Of a stretch of 64,000 bases of DNA, positions 40,660-51,229 are shown piece after piece. The first letter of the stretch is position 1; every line of letters begins with the position of its first letter. The notes under the pieces are model-generated. The model was not told where the DNA came from. It searched no databases and saw only the letters and a list, made by a program, of their open reading frames with translations. The position numbers and the translations under genes were made by a program. This DNA comes from an uncultured Chloroflexia bacterium (GTDB taxonomy: Bacteria > Chloroflexota > Limnocylindria > Limnocylindrales > CSP1-4). The DNA lies in the NCBI GenBank assembly GCA_963746845.1, contig CAVVCZ010000004.1:704001-768000 (forward strand), read 5' to 3'.

Positions 40660-41142
40660 CTAGAAGGACAGGTGGCCCTTGTACACGGCGCAGCCGTTGG
40701 GCAGGTCATGCATCTGGAGCACGCCACTCACGCCGGCGAAGCCACCGTCGCCGCCAACGATCGGGTGATGGCACCGCCCATGAACCTCGACCCCATCGAC
40801 GACCTTGTAGGTGAACGTGTAGGTGGTCCAGAAGTGCCCGCAGCGGTCCCCGTTGAGGCACCCGGAGAACACTTCGGTGCCGCTCGCCTGCGTCGCGCCG
40901 GACGGGGTCTCGTTCCGGATCGTCCACTCGTCGATGTACCAACAACCGATCAGATTTCCGGTGACCGTGTAGGTCGCCACGGACTGGGCATCCTCGACAC
41001 AGACGCCCGCGGTGTCCGGTGTGAGCAGGCCTGCCACCTGGGTCTGTGACTTTGCCGCCACCGGTGTGGCCGACAGCGCGACGACGAGCATGGTCGCGAT
41101 GCTCATCGTCAGTCCGAATCGCCGGAATGCGTGTTTCGACAC
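40660..41142 (-). CDS. Secreted Cys-containing hypothetical protein
   Basis: Signal peptide (..TPVAA), six Cys, GRCHHPIVGG.GGF.G.SG beta-rich motif; AAGGAG RBS. Confidence 0.7.
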   Translation of the reverse strand: MSKHAFRRFGLTMSIATMLVVALSATPVAAKSQTQVAGLLTPDTAGVCVEDAQSVATYTVTGNLIGCWYIDEWTIRNETPSGATQASGTEVFSGCLNGDRCGHFWTTYTFTYKVVDGVEVHGRCHHPIVGGDGGFAGVSGVLQMHDLPNGCAVYKGHLSF

Positions 41143-41273
41143 CCTCGTCTCCTTTGCGCTCGATCCATCGTGGATGGCGGCGAGTGTCCGGCCACCCGAA
41201 GCCGTGGCGCCAGAGACGGAATGCATGGAACCGGGGCAAAACGGCCATCGCCTGGGCGAGCCGGGCGCGGGCC

Positions 41274-42323
41274 TCAGCTCGCGGCGAGACCCGACCGTGG
41301 ACGATCGGCGTGAGGCGCGATGGTCGCGAACTTGCGCCGATATGCGGCGGGTGTCAGCCCGGTCTTGCGCTTGAACAGGCGTCGGAAGAACGTCGGGTCC
41401 CCGTAGCCGACGCTGAACCCGACGTCGTCCACGGCGATGGAGCTGGATTCGAGAATCCGTCGAGCCTCGTCGATCCGGACGTCGTGCACGTATTCCATCG
41501 GCCGTCTACCGGTCGCGACGCGAAATCGACGACCGAACGTCCGCGGCAGCAGCGCCGACCGGTCGATCATCGCGGCAACCGGGTTGTCGGTCGCGTAGTT
41601 GTCGGCGATCCACGCCTGGGCGCGGACGACCGCCGCATCGTCCGGGTCGGTCCGGCGGACCATCGCGGCGTACGGGAGCTGGCCGTCCTGGTGTCCGGTC
41701 AGGAGGTGGACCTTGGCGGTCCGGACCGCGTGCTCCGCCCCGCACAGCCGGGCGATGACATGCAGGGCCAGGTCCTGCCACGCCGTCACTCCGCCGGCCG
41801 TGATGACCCCGTCGGTCTCGGTCCCGAGCACGAGGGTGGCGGCGACGTCGAACTTGACCCCCGGGTACTCGGACCCGAACAGGTCGGCGTAGGCCCAATG
41901 GCCGGCGCAGGCTCGGCCCTCGAGGAGGCCGGCTTCGGCGACGAGCAGCGATCCGGTGCACACAGAGGCAACGAGCGATCCGCGCGCGTGCATCTCGCGG
42001 ATCCAGGCGGCTTCTCGCGCGTACCGGCCCCCGGGTGCCGTGGTGATCGGCGTGTAGAGGTCGCACACGATCACGACGTCGTAGCGGTCGGCGACGTCGA
42101 TGGCGGCGTGCGGCTCGATGAGGACATTCCCGAAGCACCGGAATGGCTCCGCCCCCGCCGCAACGATCCTGACGTCGAGGAGCGCATCTCCCGGCTGCCC
42201 TGTCGTCATGTCCGGGTAGACCGCGCCGACCGAGCTCAGGACGTCATAGAGCCCGAACAAGATCGCAGGCGACGACTCCGGCGCGGCGAAGAGCGCGACC
42301 CGGGGCTTGTGCGGACCGTCCAC
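41274..42323 (-). CDS. GlxA-family (DJ-1/PfpI + AraC HTH) transcriptional regulator
   Basis: SVCTGS, ITAGG, RTFGRRF and VGYGDPTFFRRLFKR.TG.TP..YR. Confidence 0.92.
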   Translation of the reverse strand: MDGPHKPRVALFAAPESSPAILFGLYDVLSSVGAVYPDMTTGQPGDALLDVRIVAAGAEPFRCFGNVLIEPHAAIDVADRYDVVIVCDLYTPITTAPGGRYAREAAWIREMHARGSLVASVCTGSLLVAEAGLLEGRACAGHWAYADLFGSEYPGVKFDVAATLVLGTETDGVITAGGVTAWQDLALHVIARLCGAEHAVRTAKVHLLTGHQDGQLPYAAMVRRTDPDDAAVVRAQAWIADNYATDNPVAAMIDRSALLPRTFGRRFRVATGRRPMEYVHDVRIDEARRILESSSIAVDDVGFSVGYGDPTFFRRLFKRKTGLTPAAYRRKFATIAPHADRPRSGLAAS

Positions 42324-42468
42324 GGGATCCCTCCTGTCGTCGAGCGAGTCACTTTTGCCCCGGATTCATGCAATCTGTCTCTGGTTGCATCCTACGGCCC
42401 CGCAGACCATCCGATGCACGGACCGCGGCCGAGCATCAATGCCGGCGGCGGCGACGCGGCGGGAGAGG

Positions 42469-43905
42469 ATGATGAACCTCGTGGCTGGCCAGGATCTCGA
42501 CGCGTGGACGGAGCTGGGTGATGAGGCCGTCGGCGCCCTGCGACGGACCGTGGGCGGCGACGTCCTCGTGGCCGGCGATCCCGAGTACGACGCGGCTCGA
42601 GCCGTCTGGAACGCGATGATCGACCGCCGTCCCGGCGTCATCGTCCGATGCCGAACGACGGCCGATGTGATCGCCGCGGTCACGTTCGCTCGCGAGCACG
42701 GTCAGCCGATCTCGATCCGTGGTGGCGGGCACAACGTGGCCGGCCATGCGGTCGCCGACGGGGGCGTGATGATCGATCTCTCGGCGATGAACAGCGTCCG
42801 CGTCGACCCGGAACGTGCTCGTGCGTTCGTCGAGGGTGGCGCAACGTGGGCAGCCGTCGATCGCGCGACGCACGAGTTCGGACTCGCGACGCCGGGTGGC
42901 CTGATCTCGGACACCGGCGTTGGCGGGCTGACCCTCAGCGGAGGGATCGGTTGGCTGCGCAGCCGATACGGCCTGGCGATCGACAATCTCGTGTCGGCGG
43001 AGGTCGTCATCGCCGACGGCCGGCTCGTGCGCGCAAGTGCCACCGAGAACGAGGATCTGTTCTGGGCGCTCCGCGGCGGCGGCGGCAACTTCGGCGTCGT
43101 CACCGCCTTCGAGTTCGCCCTGCATCGGGTCGGTCCGACGGTGATGTTCGCGGCGCCGATCCTCCCGATCGAGGCGGGCGCCGGCCCGATCCGGGCGTGG
43201 CGCGACTTCCTGGCCGACAGGCACGGGGACGTCGGCTCGCTGATCGAGTTCTCGACGATCCCTGCGGTCCCCGACTACCCGGAGGCCGCCTGGGGTCGGC
43301 GCGTCTACACGGTCGCGGCGCTCTATGCGGGCGACCCCGACGAAGGCGAGGCGATCCTTCAGCCGCTGCGCGAGCTTGGCGAGCCGCTCGTCGACTTCAC
43401 CGGGCAGATGGCGTATCGCGATGTCCAGCAGCTGTTCGATGCGGTGATCCCGTTCGGCAAGCACCGCTGCTACTGGAAGAGCCGCTACCTGCGCGGCCTC
43501 GACGATGAGGCGATCGACCTGATCGTCGCCGGCAACCAGCGGCCGCCATCGCCGAACACGCTGTCGTCGATCTGGAACTTCGGCGGCGCCACGGCCGCGG
43601 TCGATGCCGACGCCACCGCGTTCGGCGATCGCTCGATGCCCTGGATGGTGTCGATCGACTCGATCTGGGACACCGCAGACCAGGACGACGCCAACATCGC
43701 CTGGACCCGTGCGTTCTGGGAGCGCCTCGAGCCCCATGCGGACCGCGGCCGGATCTACCTGAACTTCGCCGGTCACGGCGAGGACAACGACGAGCTGACT
43801 CGCCGGACGTTCGGACCGAACTACGGACGGCTGGCGGAGATCAAGCGTCGGTACGACCCGACGAACATGTTCCGCTTCAACCAGAACATCCAACCGGCGA
43901 CCTGA
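42469..43905 (+). CDS. FAD-binding oxidoreductase (BBE-like)
   Basis: RGGGHNVAG, GLTLSGGIGW, LFWALRGGGGNFG and KRRYDPTNMFRFNQNI. Confidence 0.93.
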   Translation: MMNLVAGQDLDAWTELGDEAVGALRRTVGGDVLVAGDPEYDAARAVWNAMIDRRPGVIVRCRTTADVIAAVTFAREHGQPISIRGGGHNVAGHAVADGGVMIDLSAMNSVRVDPERARAFVEGGATWAAVDRATHEFGLATPGGLISDTGVGGLTLSGGIGWLRSRYGLAIDNLVSAEVVIADGRLVRASATENEDLFWALRGGGGNFGVVTAFEFALHRVGPTVMFAAPILPIEAGAGPIRAWRDFLADRHGDVGSLIEFSTIPAVPDYPEAAWGRRVYTVAALYAGDPDEGEAILQPLRELGEPLVDFTGQMAYRDVQQLFDAVIPFGKHRCYWKSRYLRGLDDEAIDLIVAGNQRPPSPNTLSSIWNFGGATAAVDADATAFGDRSMPWMVSIDSIWDTADQDDANIAWTRAFWERLEPHADRGRIYLNFAGHGEDNDELTRRTFGPNYGRLAEIKRRYDPTNMFRFNQNIQPAT

Positions 43906-43991
43906 GCGTCCGACCAACGGCGGGTGCGCGAAGCGCCCGGCCGACTCTGTCGACCGGGCGCCGTTGATCCGAGGGGCTGTGAGCCCCGCGG

Positions 43992-44807
43992 CTAGAACTC
44001 GATGCGCTCCATCCGCCACGAGGCGAACCCCGCCAGCGCGACGACCGAGGCAGCCCAGACGATCGGGGTCACGATCCCCGCGTCCGCTCCGCCGATCAGC
44101 GCCAGGGTCCAATTCATGATCGACGTCGGCAGGAACGCCGAGATGTCGACCGGCAGCAGGCTCACGAGGATCTGCGGCAGGAGGAAGACCGCGAACCCGA
44201 TCGCCGCGACGGCGGCCTGGTTCGGGATGACGGTCGAGACCGCGAGCACGACCGCGACCATGAACGCGATCGAGGCCGCGACCCCGAGCGCCGCCAGCGC
44301 GAACGTCCCGAGGCCCGCCGAGCCGTAGAGCACGACCACGACCCCGAAGGTCGCCGCCATCGGGATGAGCCCCGCGACGATCGTCACGACGATCGCGGCG
44401 GCCGTCCACTTGGACAGCCAGATCGCTCCGCGCGAGACCGGCTTCGACGCGACCCAGGCGAGCGTCCCGCGCTCGCGCTCGGCAACGAGCAGGCTCATCG
44501 CCGCGAAGATCGCGACGATCACGAAGATCTGGGACGCGATCGCCCCGAGGAAGTTTGTCGTCGGATCGAGCGAGATCGGCCCGGCGTGCACGGTCGCATC
44601 CGGGATGTTCGCGACGATCCAGGTGTTGAGCGCGGCGTTGGCCGCGGTCAGGACCATGAACGCCGTCGTGACCCCGAGGATCACCCACAGGCGCTTGCCG
44701 TGGGCCCACTCGTGGAGCTCCTTGCGGAACAGCGGGCCGAAGCCCGCGACGCGGTCGGCGGAGGTCCGCCCGGAGGTCCGGACGGGAAGCGAGATCGAGG
44801 CGGTCAT
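43992..44807 (-). CDS. ABC-2 type exporter permease
   Basis: Six hydrophobic segments; ERERGTL..V.SKPVSR. Confidence 0.9.
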   Translation of the reverse strand: MTASISLPVRTSGRTSADRVAGFGPLFRKELHEWAHGKRLWVILGVTTAFMVLTAANAALNTWIVANIPDATVHAGPISLDPTTNFLGAIASQIFVIVAIFAAMSLLVAERERGTLAWVASKPVSRGAIWLSKWTAAAIVVTIVAGLIPMAATFGVVVVLYGSAGLGTFALAALGVAASIAFMVAVVLAVSTVIPNQAAVAAIGFAVFLLPQILVSLLPVDISAFLPTSIMNWTLALIGGADAGIVTPIVWAASVVALAGFASWRMERIEF

Positions 44808-45763
44808 GCCGCAGGCTCCTTGGTGTCGACGAGGCGAAGGAAGACGTCTTCCAGCCCGAGGCGGACGACGTGGTTCTCGGTGACGGTCTGGCCGTGGTCG
44901 GCGGCGAACCGGGTGATCGCGGCCTGCACGGCGGCCGTGGCGTCCGGCGCGATCCGGACGACGTAGCTGCGAAGGTCTCCGGTGCGGCCGGCCGGTTCGA
45001 CCGACACGACACCGGGGATCGAGGCGATCGCTACGGCGGTCGCATCGTCGGCGCCGCCGATGACGACCCGGAGCTGGTCCTGATCGAAGCTCGCGAGGAG
45101 CTCGGCGGTGGGGGCGGAACGGACGAGCCGGCCGCCGTCGAGGATCGCGACGTGATCGCTGACGCGCTCGACGTCGTCGAGGATGTGGGTCGAATAGAAG
45201 ACCGTGACCTCGCCCCGGAGCTCGCGCATCAGGTCGAGGACCTCATGGCGACCGATGGGGTCGAGGGCGCTGACGGGTTCATCGAGCAGCAGCAGCGCCG
45301 GCGAGCCGATGAGCGCCTGGGCGATGCCGAGCCGCTGCCGCATCCCGCCCGAGTAAGTCGAGGTGCGTCGGTCGGCCGCGTCGGCCAGGCCGACCCGGTC
45401 GAGAATGGCGGCGACCTTCGCCGCATCCGCCCGACCCGTGGCCGGATACAGCGAGGCGACGAACTTGAGGGTCTCCCGACCGGTCATCCAGTCGTAGAAG
45501 GTGGGCTCCTGGGCGAGATAGCCCACCTCGCGCCGGTAGCCGGGGCCCGCGGTCACGGGGATGCCGGCGACCGACGCGCTGCCGCCTGTCGGCTTCGTGA
45601 GCCCGGCCAGCATCTTGATCGTGGTCGACTTGCCGGCGCCGTTGGGGCCGAGGAAGCCATAGATCGAACCCACCGGCACCTCCAGGCTGAGGTCGGTCAC
45701 GGCCGCCACGCCCGGGTAGTGCTTGGTGAGTCCGGCCATCGAGATGGCCGAGTCGAGGGTCAT
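44804..45763 (-). CDS. ABC transporter ATP-binding protein
   Basis: GPNGAGKST, YSGGMRQR, LLLDEP and STH. Confidence 0.95.
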   Translation of the reverse strand: MTLDSAISMAGLTKHYPGVAAVTDLSLEVPVGSIYGFLGPNGAGKSTTIKMLAGLTKPTGGSASVAGIPVTAGPGYRREVGYLAQEPTFYDWMTGRETLKFVASLYPATGRADAAKVAAILDRVGLADAADRRTSTYSGGMRQRLGIAQALIGSPALLLLDEPVSALDPIGRHEVLDLMRELRGEVTVFYSTHILDDVERVSDHVAILDGGRLVRSAPTAELLASFDQDQLRVVIGGADDATAVAIASIPGVVSVEPAGRTGDLRSYVVRIAPDATAAVQAAITRFAADHGQTVTENHVVRLGLEDVFLRLVDTKEPAA

Positions 45764-45895
45764 CGTGGTAGATCTCCTGAGTCAGGCGAACTGGGCCGTT
45801 CGCCGTGACATCAGGTTCGCCCGCGCGCTCGCCGGCGTCGTCGGTCCCGGGTCTCGAAGTCCGGACCCGATGTGGCTCGGTTCCCGGGCGTCAGC

Positions 45896-46597
45896 TCATC
45901 CCGTGGTATCGGCCGCGTCTACGACCGACCCGGGCCGGATGAGCCCGGCCTCGTAGGCGAGCACGACCGCCTGGGCCCGGTCGCGCAGCCCGAGCTTGTC
46001 GAACACGTGCGAGACGTGGGTCTTCACCGTCGGTTCAGCGAGGACGAGCCGATCGGCGATCTCGCGGTTCGACAGACCGCGACCGACGAGCTTCAGGACC
46101 TCGATCTCGCGCTCGGTCAGGTCCCGGAGGGCCGCGTTGCGCTCGTCATTGACGGGCGGCAGGCGGTCCGCATACCGGTCGAGCAGACGCCGTGTCACCG
46201 CCGGGGCGAGGAGCGCATCGCCGTCGGCGATGGTCTTGATCGCGATGACGAAGTCGGCCGGGGTCACGTCCTTGAGCAGGAACCCGCTGGCCCCGGCCCG
46301 CAGGGCCTCGACGACGTTCTCGTCGGCATCGAACGTGGTGAGGATGAGGACCCGGGCGTTCGGTGCGGCACCGTCGCGAACGATCCGCCGGGTCGCCTCG
46401 ATCCCATTCAGGACCGGCATCCGGATGTCCATCACCACGACATCGGGGTGGAGACGCTCGGCGGCCTCGACCCCTCCCCTGCCATCGGCCGCCTCGCCGA
46501 CCACCTCGATGCCCGGCTCATCCTCGAGGATCATCCGGAACCCGGTCCGCACGAGCGCCTGGTCGTCCACCAGGATCACCCGGATCGCGTCGCTCAT
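45896..46597 (-). CDS. NarL/LuxR-family response regulator
   Basis: LVDDQ, MDIRMP, FLLK and LTEREIEV..GLSNREIA..TVKTHV. Confidence 0.95.
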   Translation of the reverse strand: MSDAIRVILVDDQALVRTGFRMILEDEPGIEVVGEAADGRGGVEAAERLHPDVVVMDIRMPVLNGIEATRRIVRDGAAPNARVLILTTFDADENVVEALRAGASGFLLKDVTPADFVIAIKTIADGDALLAPAVTRRLLDRYADRLPPVNDERNAALRDLTEREIEVLKLVGRGLSNREIADRLVLAEPTVKTHVSHVFDKLGLRDRAQAVVLAYEAGLIRPGSVVDAADTTG

Positions 46598-47832
46598 GCG
46601 GCGGCCACCGGCTCTGGTTCGATCGGCAGGCGGGCGCGGACCCGGAACCCGGTCGGCGTCGGACCCGCTTCGAACTCGCCCCCGAAGATCGCCACCCGCT
46701 CCCGCATGCCGATCAGGCCACGACCGCCGCCCTCGGTCTCGCCGACGTCACGCCGGCCGGCCCCGCCCTGGTCGGTGACCTCGATCTCCAGAGCCTTGGG
46801 TTCGTAGGCGAGACGCACGCGGGCACGGGCGCCACGAGCGTGCTTCAGTGCGTTCGTGAGCGCCTCCTGGACGATCCGGTAGGCGGACAGCTCGACGCCG
46901 GCGTCGAGCGGACGCCGGACGCCGTCCAGGGACAGCTCCACCGGGAGCCCGGCGGCCCGGACCTCCTCGATGAGCTCACCGAGGCGCTCGAGACGCGGCA
47001 TCGGGGCTCGCGCCTCGTCGCCCGCCGCCGACGTGCCGGGCGCGTCGCCGAGGATGCCGAGCATGCGCCGCATGTCGATCAGCGCCTCGCGACTCGTCCG
47101 GTCGATCGCCTCGAGCGCCGCTCGGGCCTCTTCCGGTCGTCGAGCGAGCGCGGTCAACCCGGCACCCGCCTGGATCACGATCACGCTGACATGATGCGTG
47201 ACGATGTCGTGCAGCTCGCGGGCGATCCGCTCGCGCTCGGCGTCGACCGCGCGGCGCGAGCGCTCCTCGCGTTCGGCCTCCTGGAGCCGGGCGTTCTCCT
47301 CGATCGCGGCGGCGTACTTCGTCCGCGTCCGGGCCCAATCGCCGAGTGCCAGGATGATGGCGACCGACAGCATCGTCTGGATGGTCCCGGCGACGGCAAC
47401 CTGCGTGCCGGCCTTGGCCACGATGACCCCGAGGAAGGTGGCGGCGACGCAGAGGGCCGCGACGATCGCCACGCGCCGTTCGTACCGCTCCGCGACGGTG
47501 AACAGGGCCACGAGCGCCCCCAGGCTCTCGTTGACGACCGGGCCCTGGACCAGGGAGGCATGAAGGGCGGTGGCGGTCAGCGTCACGACGAGGACCGGGA
47601 TCGGCCAGCGCCGGCGGACGAGGAGCGGGAGCGTCTCGAGCAGGAGGAGCGCGATGCTGAGGGGATCGCTCTGCCCCGCGTCGGGCGAGCCGCTCGCCAC
47701 GGCAAACAGCGACAGCACGGCCAGGCCCAGGGCGATCGTCGCGTCGACGAGCCACGGGAGCACGGGCAGCCGCGCGCGGAATCGTGTCATCACGCCGGGA
47801 AGCGTAGAGGTCCGGTTCGGGCGCGACATCAT
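46594..47832 (-). CDS. HisKA_3 sensor histidine kinase
   Basis: Membrane domain; ERERIARELHD, QEALTNALKHA, DQG and GRGLIGMRER. Confidence 0.94.
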   Translation of the reverse strand: MMSRPNRTSTLPGVMTRFRARLPVLPWLVDATIALGLAVLSLFAVASGSPDAGQSDPLSIALLLLETLPLLVRRRWPIPVLVVTLTATALHASLVQGPVVNESLGALVALFTVAERYERRVAIVAALCVAATFLGVIVAKAGTQVAVAGTIQTMLSVAIILALGDWARTRTKYAAAIEENARLQEAEREERSRRAVDAERERIARELHDIVTHHVSVIVIQAGAGLTALARRPEEARAALEAIDRTSREALIDMRRMLGILGDAPGTSAAGDEARAPMPRLERLGELIEEVRAAGLPVELSLDGVRRPLDAGVELSAYRIVQEALTNALKHARGARARVRLAYEPKALEIEVTDQGGAGRRDVGETEGGGRGLIGMRERVAIFGGEFEAGPTPTGFRVRARLPIEPEPVAAA

Positions 47833-47877
47833 GCCGCGGGTGGAGATCCGGCCACGACCCGGAGATGAGCCGTCCTC

Positions 47878-47912
47878 TTGACAGGCTCGTGATACAACCG
47901 TATGGTTGTATC
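47878..47912 (+). promoter_or_regulatory. SigmaA promoter overlapped by a palindromic ArsR operator
   Basis: TTGACA 47878-47883, 17 bp, TATGGT 47901-47906; perfect inverted repeat GATACAACC-GTAT-GGTTGTATC 47891-47912. Confidence 0.8.
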
Positions 47913-47913
47913 A

Positions 47914-48249
47914 ATGCAGCTCGCCTTCAACGCCGACCACCTCTTTGCCGCCCTGGCCGATGCCACCCGACGGGACATCGTCCTGCGCGCATTGAACGGC
48001 AACGAAGGCGTCGCCGAGCTGGCCGGCCACTACCCGATGAGCTTTGCGGCCGTGCAGAAGCACGTCGCCGTGCTGGAGCGGGCCGGCCTGATCACCAAGG
48101 AGCGCACCGGCCGCCGCAAGGTGGTGCGCACGAACATCGAGGCGCTCCGTCTTGCGCGGGGCCTGCTCGATCAGTACGAGGCGCTGTGGCGCGGTCGCGT
48201 CGACCGCATGACCGAGCTCATCACCAGCACGGAGGAGACCATCGCATGA
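47914..48249 (+). CDS. ArsR/SmtB-family repressor (likely leaderless)
   Basis: FAALADATRRDI and SFAAVQKHVAVLERAGLI. Confidence 0.9.
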   Translation: MQLAFNADHLFAALADATRRDIVLRALNGNEGVAELAGHYPMSFAAVQKHVAVLERAGLITKERTGRRKVVRTNIEALRLARGLLDQYEALWRGRVDRMTELITSTEETIA

Positions 48250-48761
48250 CTGTCACCGCTGTCCGGAAGGATCCGGAGACCCTGACCATGACCCTGACCG
48301 CCGAGTTCGAAGCGTCACCCGAGCGCGTCTGGGACCTGTGGGCCGATCCGCGCCAGCTCGAGCGCTGGTGGGGTCCGCCGACCTACCCCGCCACCTTCAC
48401 GGCCCATGATCTCGCGCCAGGCGCTCGCGTCGAGTACTACATGACAGGCCCCAGCGGCGACCAGCCGCACGGCTACTGGGACGTCGTCGAGGCGGATCCG
48501 CCGCGCCGGCTCGTCTTCGTCGATGGGTTCGCAGGTCAAGACGGCACCCCTGACGACGCCTTTCCGCGCAACGAGGGCCGCGTGACGATCGAGCCGATCG
48601 CCGCCGGTCGGACCCGCATGTCGATCGTGAGCCGCTTCCCGAGCATCGAGGCGATGGAGCAGGTCCTCGCCATGGGCATGGAAGAGGGCCTCACCCAGGC
48701 CGTCGGCCAGATCGACGCCATCCTCGCCGAAGGGGCCGTGACGACAGGAGGGACCCGATGA
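48246..48761 (+). CDS. SRPBCC/AHSA1 domain protein
   Basis: PERVWDLWADP..LERWWGP, MTGP.G and GMEEG. Confidence 0.9.
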   Translation: MTVTAVRKDPETLTMTLTAEFEASPERVWDLWADPRQLERWWGPPTYPATFTAHDLAPGARVEYYMTGPSGDQPHGYWDVVEADPPRRLVFVDGFAGQDGTPDDAFPRNEGRVTIEPIAAGRTRMSIVSRFPSIEAMEQVLAMGMEEGLTQAVGQIDAILAEGAVTTGGTR

Positions 48762-49643
48762 CCACGCTGACCGAGCCCACGACGCGCACCCTGGACGCAC
48801 CCGGCGCGACCCTGACGTACGACGTCCGAACGGCCGTCTCTGGCGCCTCCCCTGCCCCGGTTCTCCTCCTGATCGGATCGCCGATGGGCGCCGGCGGGTT
48901 CGGCACGCTCGCCGGGCACTTCACGGATCGAACCGTGGTGACCTACGACCCGCGGGGCGTCGAGCGAAGCACGAAGGCCGATCCAGCCAGCCCGTCGACG
49001 CCCGACGAGCACGCCGACGACCTGCATCGGATCATCGACGAGCTCGGCGCAGGCCAGGTCGACCTCTTCGCAAGCAGCGGTGGCGCGGTGAATGCGCTCG
49101 CCCTGGTTGCGAAGCACTCCAAGCAGGTCCGGACGCTCGTCGCGCACGAGCCGCCGCTCGCGTCGATCCTGCCCGATCGCGAGGGCGCTATGGCCGCTCA
49201 CCGAGGCGATCCGCGACACGTACCAGCGCAGCGGGTTCGGTCCCGCCATGGCCCAGTTCATCGTCGCCGTGAGCCACAAGGGTCCGATGACGCTGGAGTT
49301 CGCTCATCAGCCGGCTCCGGACCCCGCGATGTTCGGACTACCGGCCGGCGATGACGGCACCCGCACTGATCCGCTGCTGGCCCAGAACATCGTGACCTGC
49401 ACGCACTACGAGCCCGACTTCGACGCGCTGCGGTCAGCCTCGACCCGGATCGTCCTCGCGGCCGGCGCCGAATCCGAGGGCGAGATGGCCCATCGCGGCG
49501 CGGAGGCCGTCGCCGAGCGACTCGGCACGCCCGTGGCCGCTTTCCCGAGCAACCACGGTGGCTTCCTCGGCGGCGAGTACGGCCAGACGGGAGATCCCGA
49601 CGGCTTCGCCACGAAGCTGCGCGAGGTCCTGGCCGGGGCCTGA
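48758..49643 (+). CDS. Alpha/beta hydrolase (frameshift near 49195)
   Basis: TYDPRG, ASSGGA and AHEPP; FPSNHGGF follows in a second frame. Confidence 0.85.
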
Positions 49644-49652
49644 ACCCGGGGG

Positions 49653-50114
49653 TCAGTTGTCGGAGGGGTCGCGATCCGGCTTCGCGGCCCGCTTCGACCG
49701 CGGTCGGCTCGCGCTCGGCGACGCGGTCGCCTTCGGGGTGCGCGTCCGCGGGCGCTTCGCCGGCTTCGGTGCGTCGGTCGACACGGCGCTCGCACCAGCG
49801 GGCTTGTCGGCCACCGGGGCGGATAACGCCGCGGGCGCGGCTGCCGGTGCGGGTTTCGCACGCGGCTTCGCCCACTCGGGCGAGAACTCGGCGGGATCGA
49901 ACAGGATCTGGCGGAAGATCGCGGCCGGCAACAGCACGGGCAGCGGTTCCCACATGGCATCCTCGAGCGCGACCGCGCCGCCGTTGACCGGCGGCCGGTC
50001 GGCTCCTGGGCGGCGTCGCGAGAGGAAGGGGACGCGAGGCATGAGCCGAGAGTAGGCGTCGCGGGGCCGCGCGTCTGTGGCGACAACGACCGAATCGGCT
50101 GGTACGTTCGTCAT
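49653..50114 (-). CDS. Hypothetical protein with basic low-complexity tail
   Basis: ATGA overlap with the upstream SRPBCC gene; Ala/Pro/Lys-rich C-terminus. Confidence 0.45.
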   Translation of the reverse strand: MTNVPADSVVVATDARPRDAYSRLMPRVPFLSRRRPGADRPPVNGGAVALEDAMWEPLPVLLPAAIFRQILFDPAEFSPEWAKPRAKPAPAAAPAALSAPVADKPAGASAVSTDAPKPAKRPRTRTPKATASPSASRPRSKRAAKPDRDPSDN

Positions 50115-50773
50115 TCGTCCGCGGTTGACGGCGGGTCCGGAACCACGGTGTAGAAGGCGGTCGTGTTCGCGACGGCCTCGGCGGCCGCGGCCGGCTCGGC
50201 ACCGGCAGCCTCGTTCGCGGCTCCCCACGCGACGCTGCTCCGCGTCGAGAACTCGCGGCCCTCCTCGGACAGCTGCCAGGCGACCGGGTCGCCGACGGAT
50301 CCGCCGCGCAGATGGAGCGACAGCCCGAGGAGGCCGCCGTCCCAGCCGACGCCGACCGCGCCCGGACCGAACTGCGCCCACATCTCGTCCGGCACGACCG
50401 CCGTGTGCTCGAGCTCGAGCGTCGTCGTCCCCTCCGGCATCGCCGTGAGCCGCACCTCGAGCACTGAGGCATCGGCGGTGCCGGCGGCCTCGCCGTATTC
50501 CCAGGTCACCCGGAACCGATTCGGCGGCTCGCAGCTCAGGACCTCACCGCCGGCGTTGCCCGTCAGCTGATACCGCCCGCCCACGTGCAGGTCGCCGCTG
50601 ATCGGGAGGAACCAGCGGCTGATCCGCTCGGGGCTCGTCACCGCGTCCCAGACGTCCTCGATCGTCGCGTCGTACGTCCGGACCAGGCGGACCACGCGCG
50701 CCTCGCCCGCCGATGTTCGGGCGGTGCCCACCTCGCGTCGAACGGCCTCGATCTCGCGAATGATGTCGATCAT
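50111..50773 (-). CDS. SRPBCC-family protein
   Basis: IEDVWDAVTSPERISRWFLP, GGRYQL.GNAGG and GPGAVGVGWD. Confidence 0.9.
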   Translation of the reverse strand: MIDIIREIEAVRREVGTARTSAGEARVVRLVRTYDATIEDVWDAVTSPERISRWFLPISGDLHVGGRYQLTGNAGGEVLSCEPPNRFRVTWEYGEAAGTADASVLEVRLTAMPEGTTTLELEHTAVVPDEMWAQFGPGAVGVGWDGGLLGLSLHLRGGSVGDPVAWQLSEEGREFSTRSSVAWGAANEAAGAEPAAAAEAVANTTAFYTVVPDPPSTADE

Positions 50774-51141
50774 CGATCTGGGTCCTCCTGTCGGGTGTCG
50801 GTGGCCGTGGCGGCGACGCGTCGCCCCCGTCTGCCACGAGCGATCTCGGTGGCGAGGGAGTCGAGGCGCTGCTCCCAGAAGCGGCGGAATCGGTCGAGCC
50901 ACATGTCGACCTCCTCGAGCGGCCCGGACTCGACGGCGTAGAGCCGACGGGCTCCGTCGGGACGGACGGTCGCGAAGCCGCTCTCCCGCAGGACCTTGAG
51001 ATGCTGCGAGACGGCCGGCTGCGTGATCCCGAACTCGGCCTGAACGACGTCGGTGATCGACCCGGAGCTGAGCTCGCCTTCAGAGAGCAGCTCCAGGATC
51101 CGGCGTCGGACCGGGTCACCGAGAACATCGAACGCGTGCAC
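50770..51141 (-). CDS. ArsR-family regulator
   Basis: HAFDVLGDPVRRRILELL and QPAVSQHLKVLRE. Confidence 0.92.
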   Translation of the reverse strand: MHAFDVLGDPVRRRILELLSEGELSSGSITDVVQAEFGITQPAVSQHLKVLRESGFATVRPDGARRLYAVESGPLEEVDMWLDRFRRFWEQRLDSLATEIARGRRGRRVAATATDTRQEDPDR

Positions 51142-51229
51142 GGGCGCATCGTATAAGCGCCACGTGATATAAGTCAATACTGAACTTCTGGGCAACCCTG
51201 TGTGTGCCGACATCCGTACGCTACCGAGC

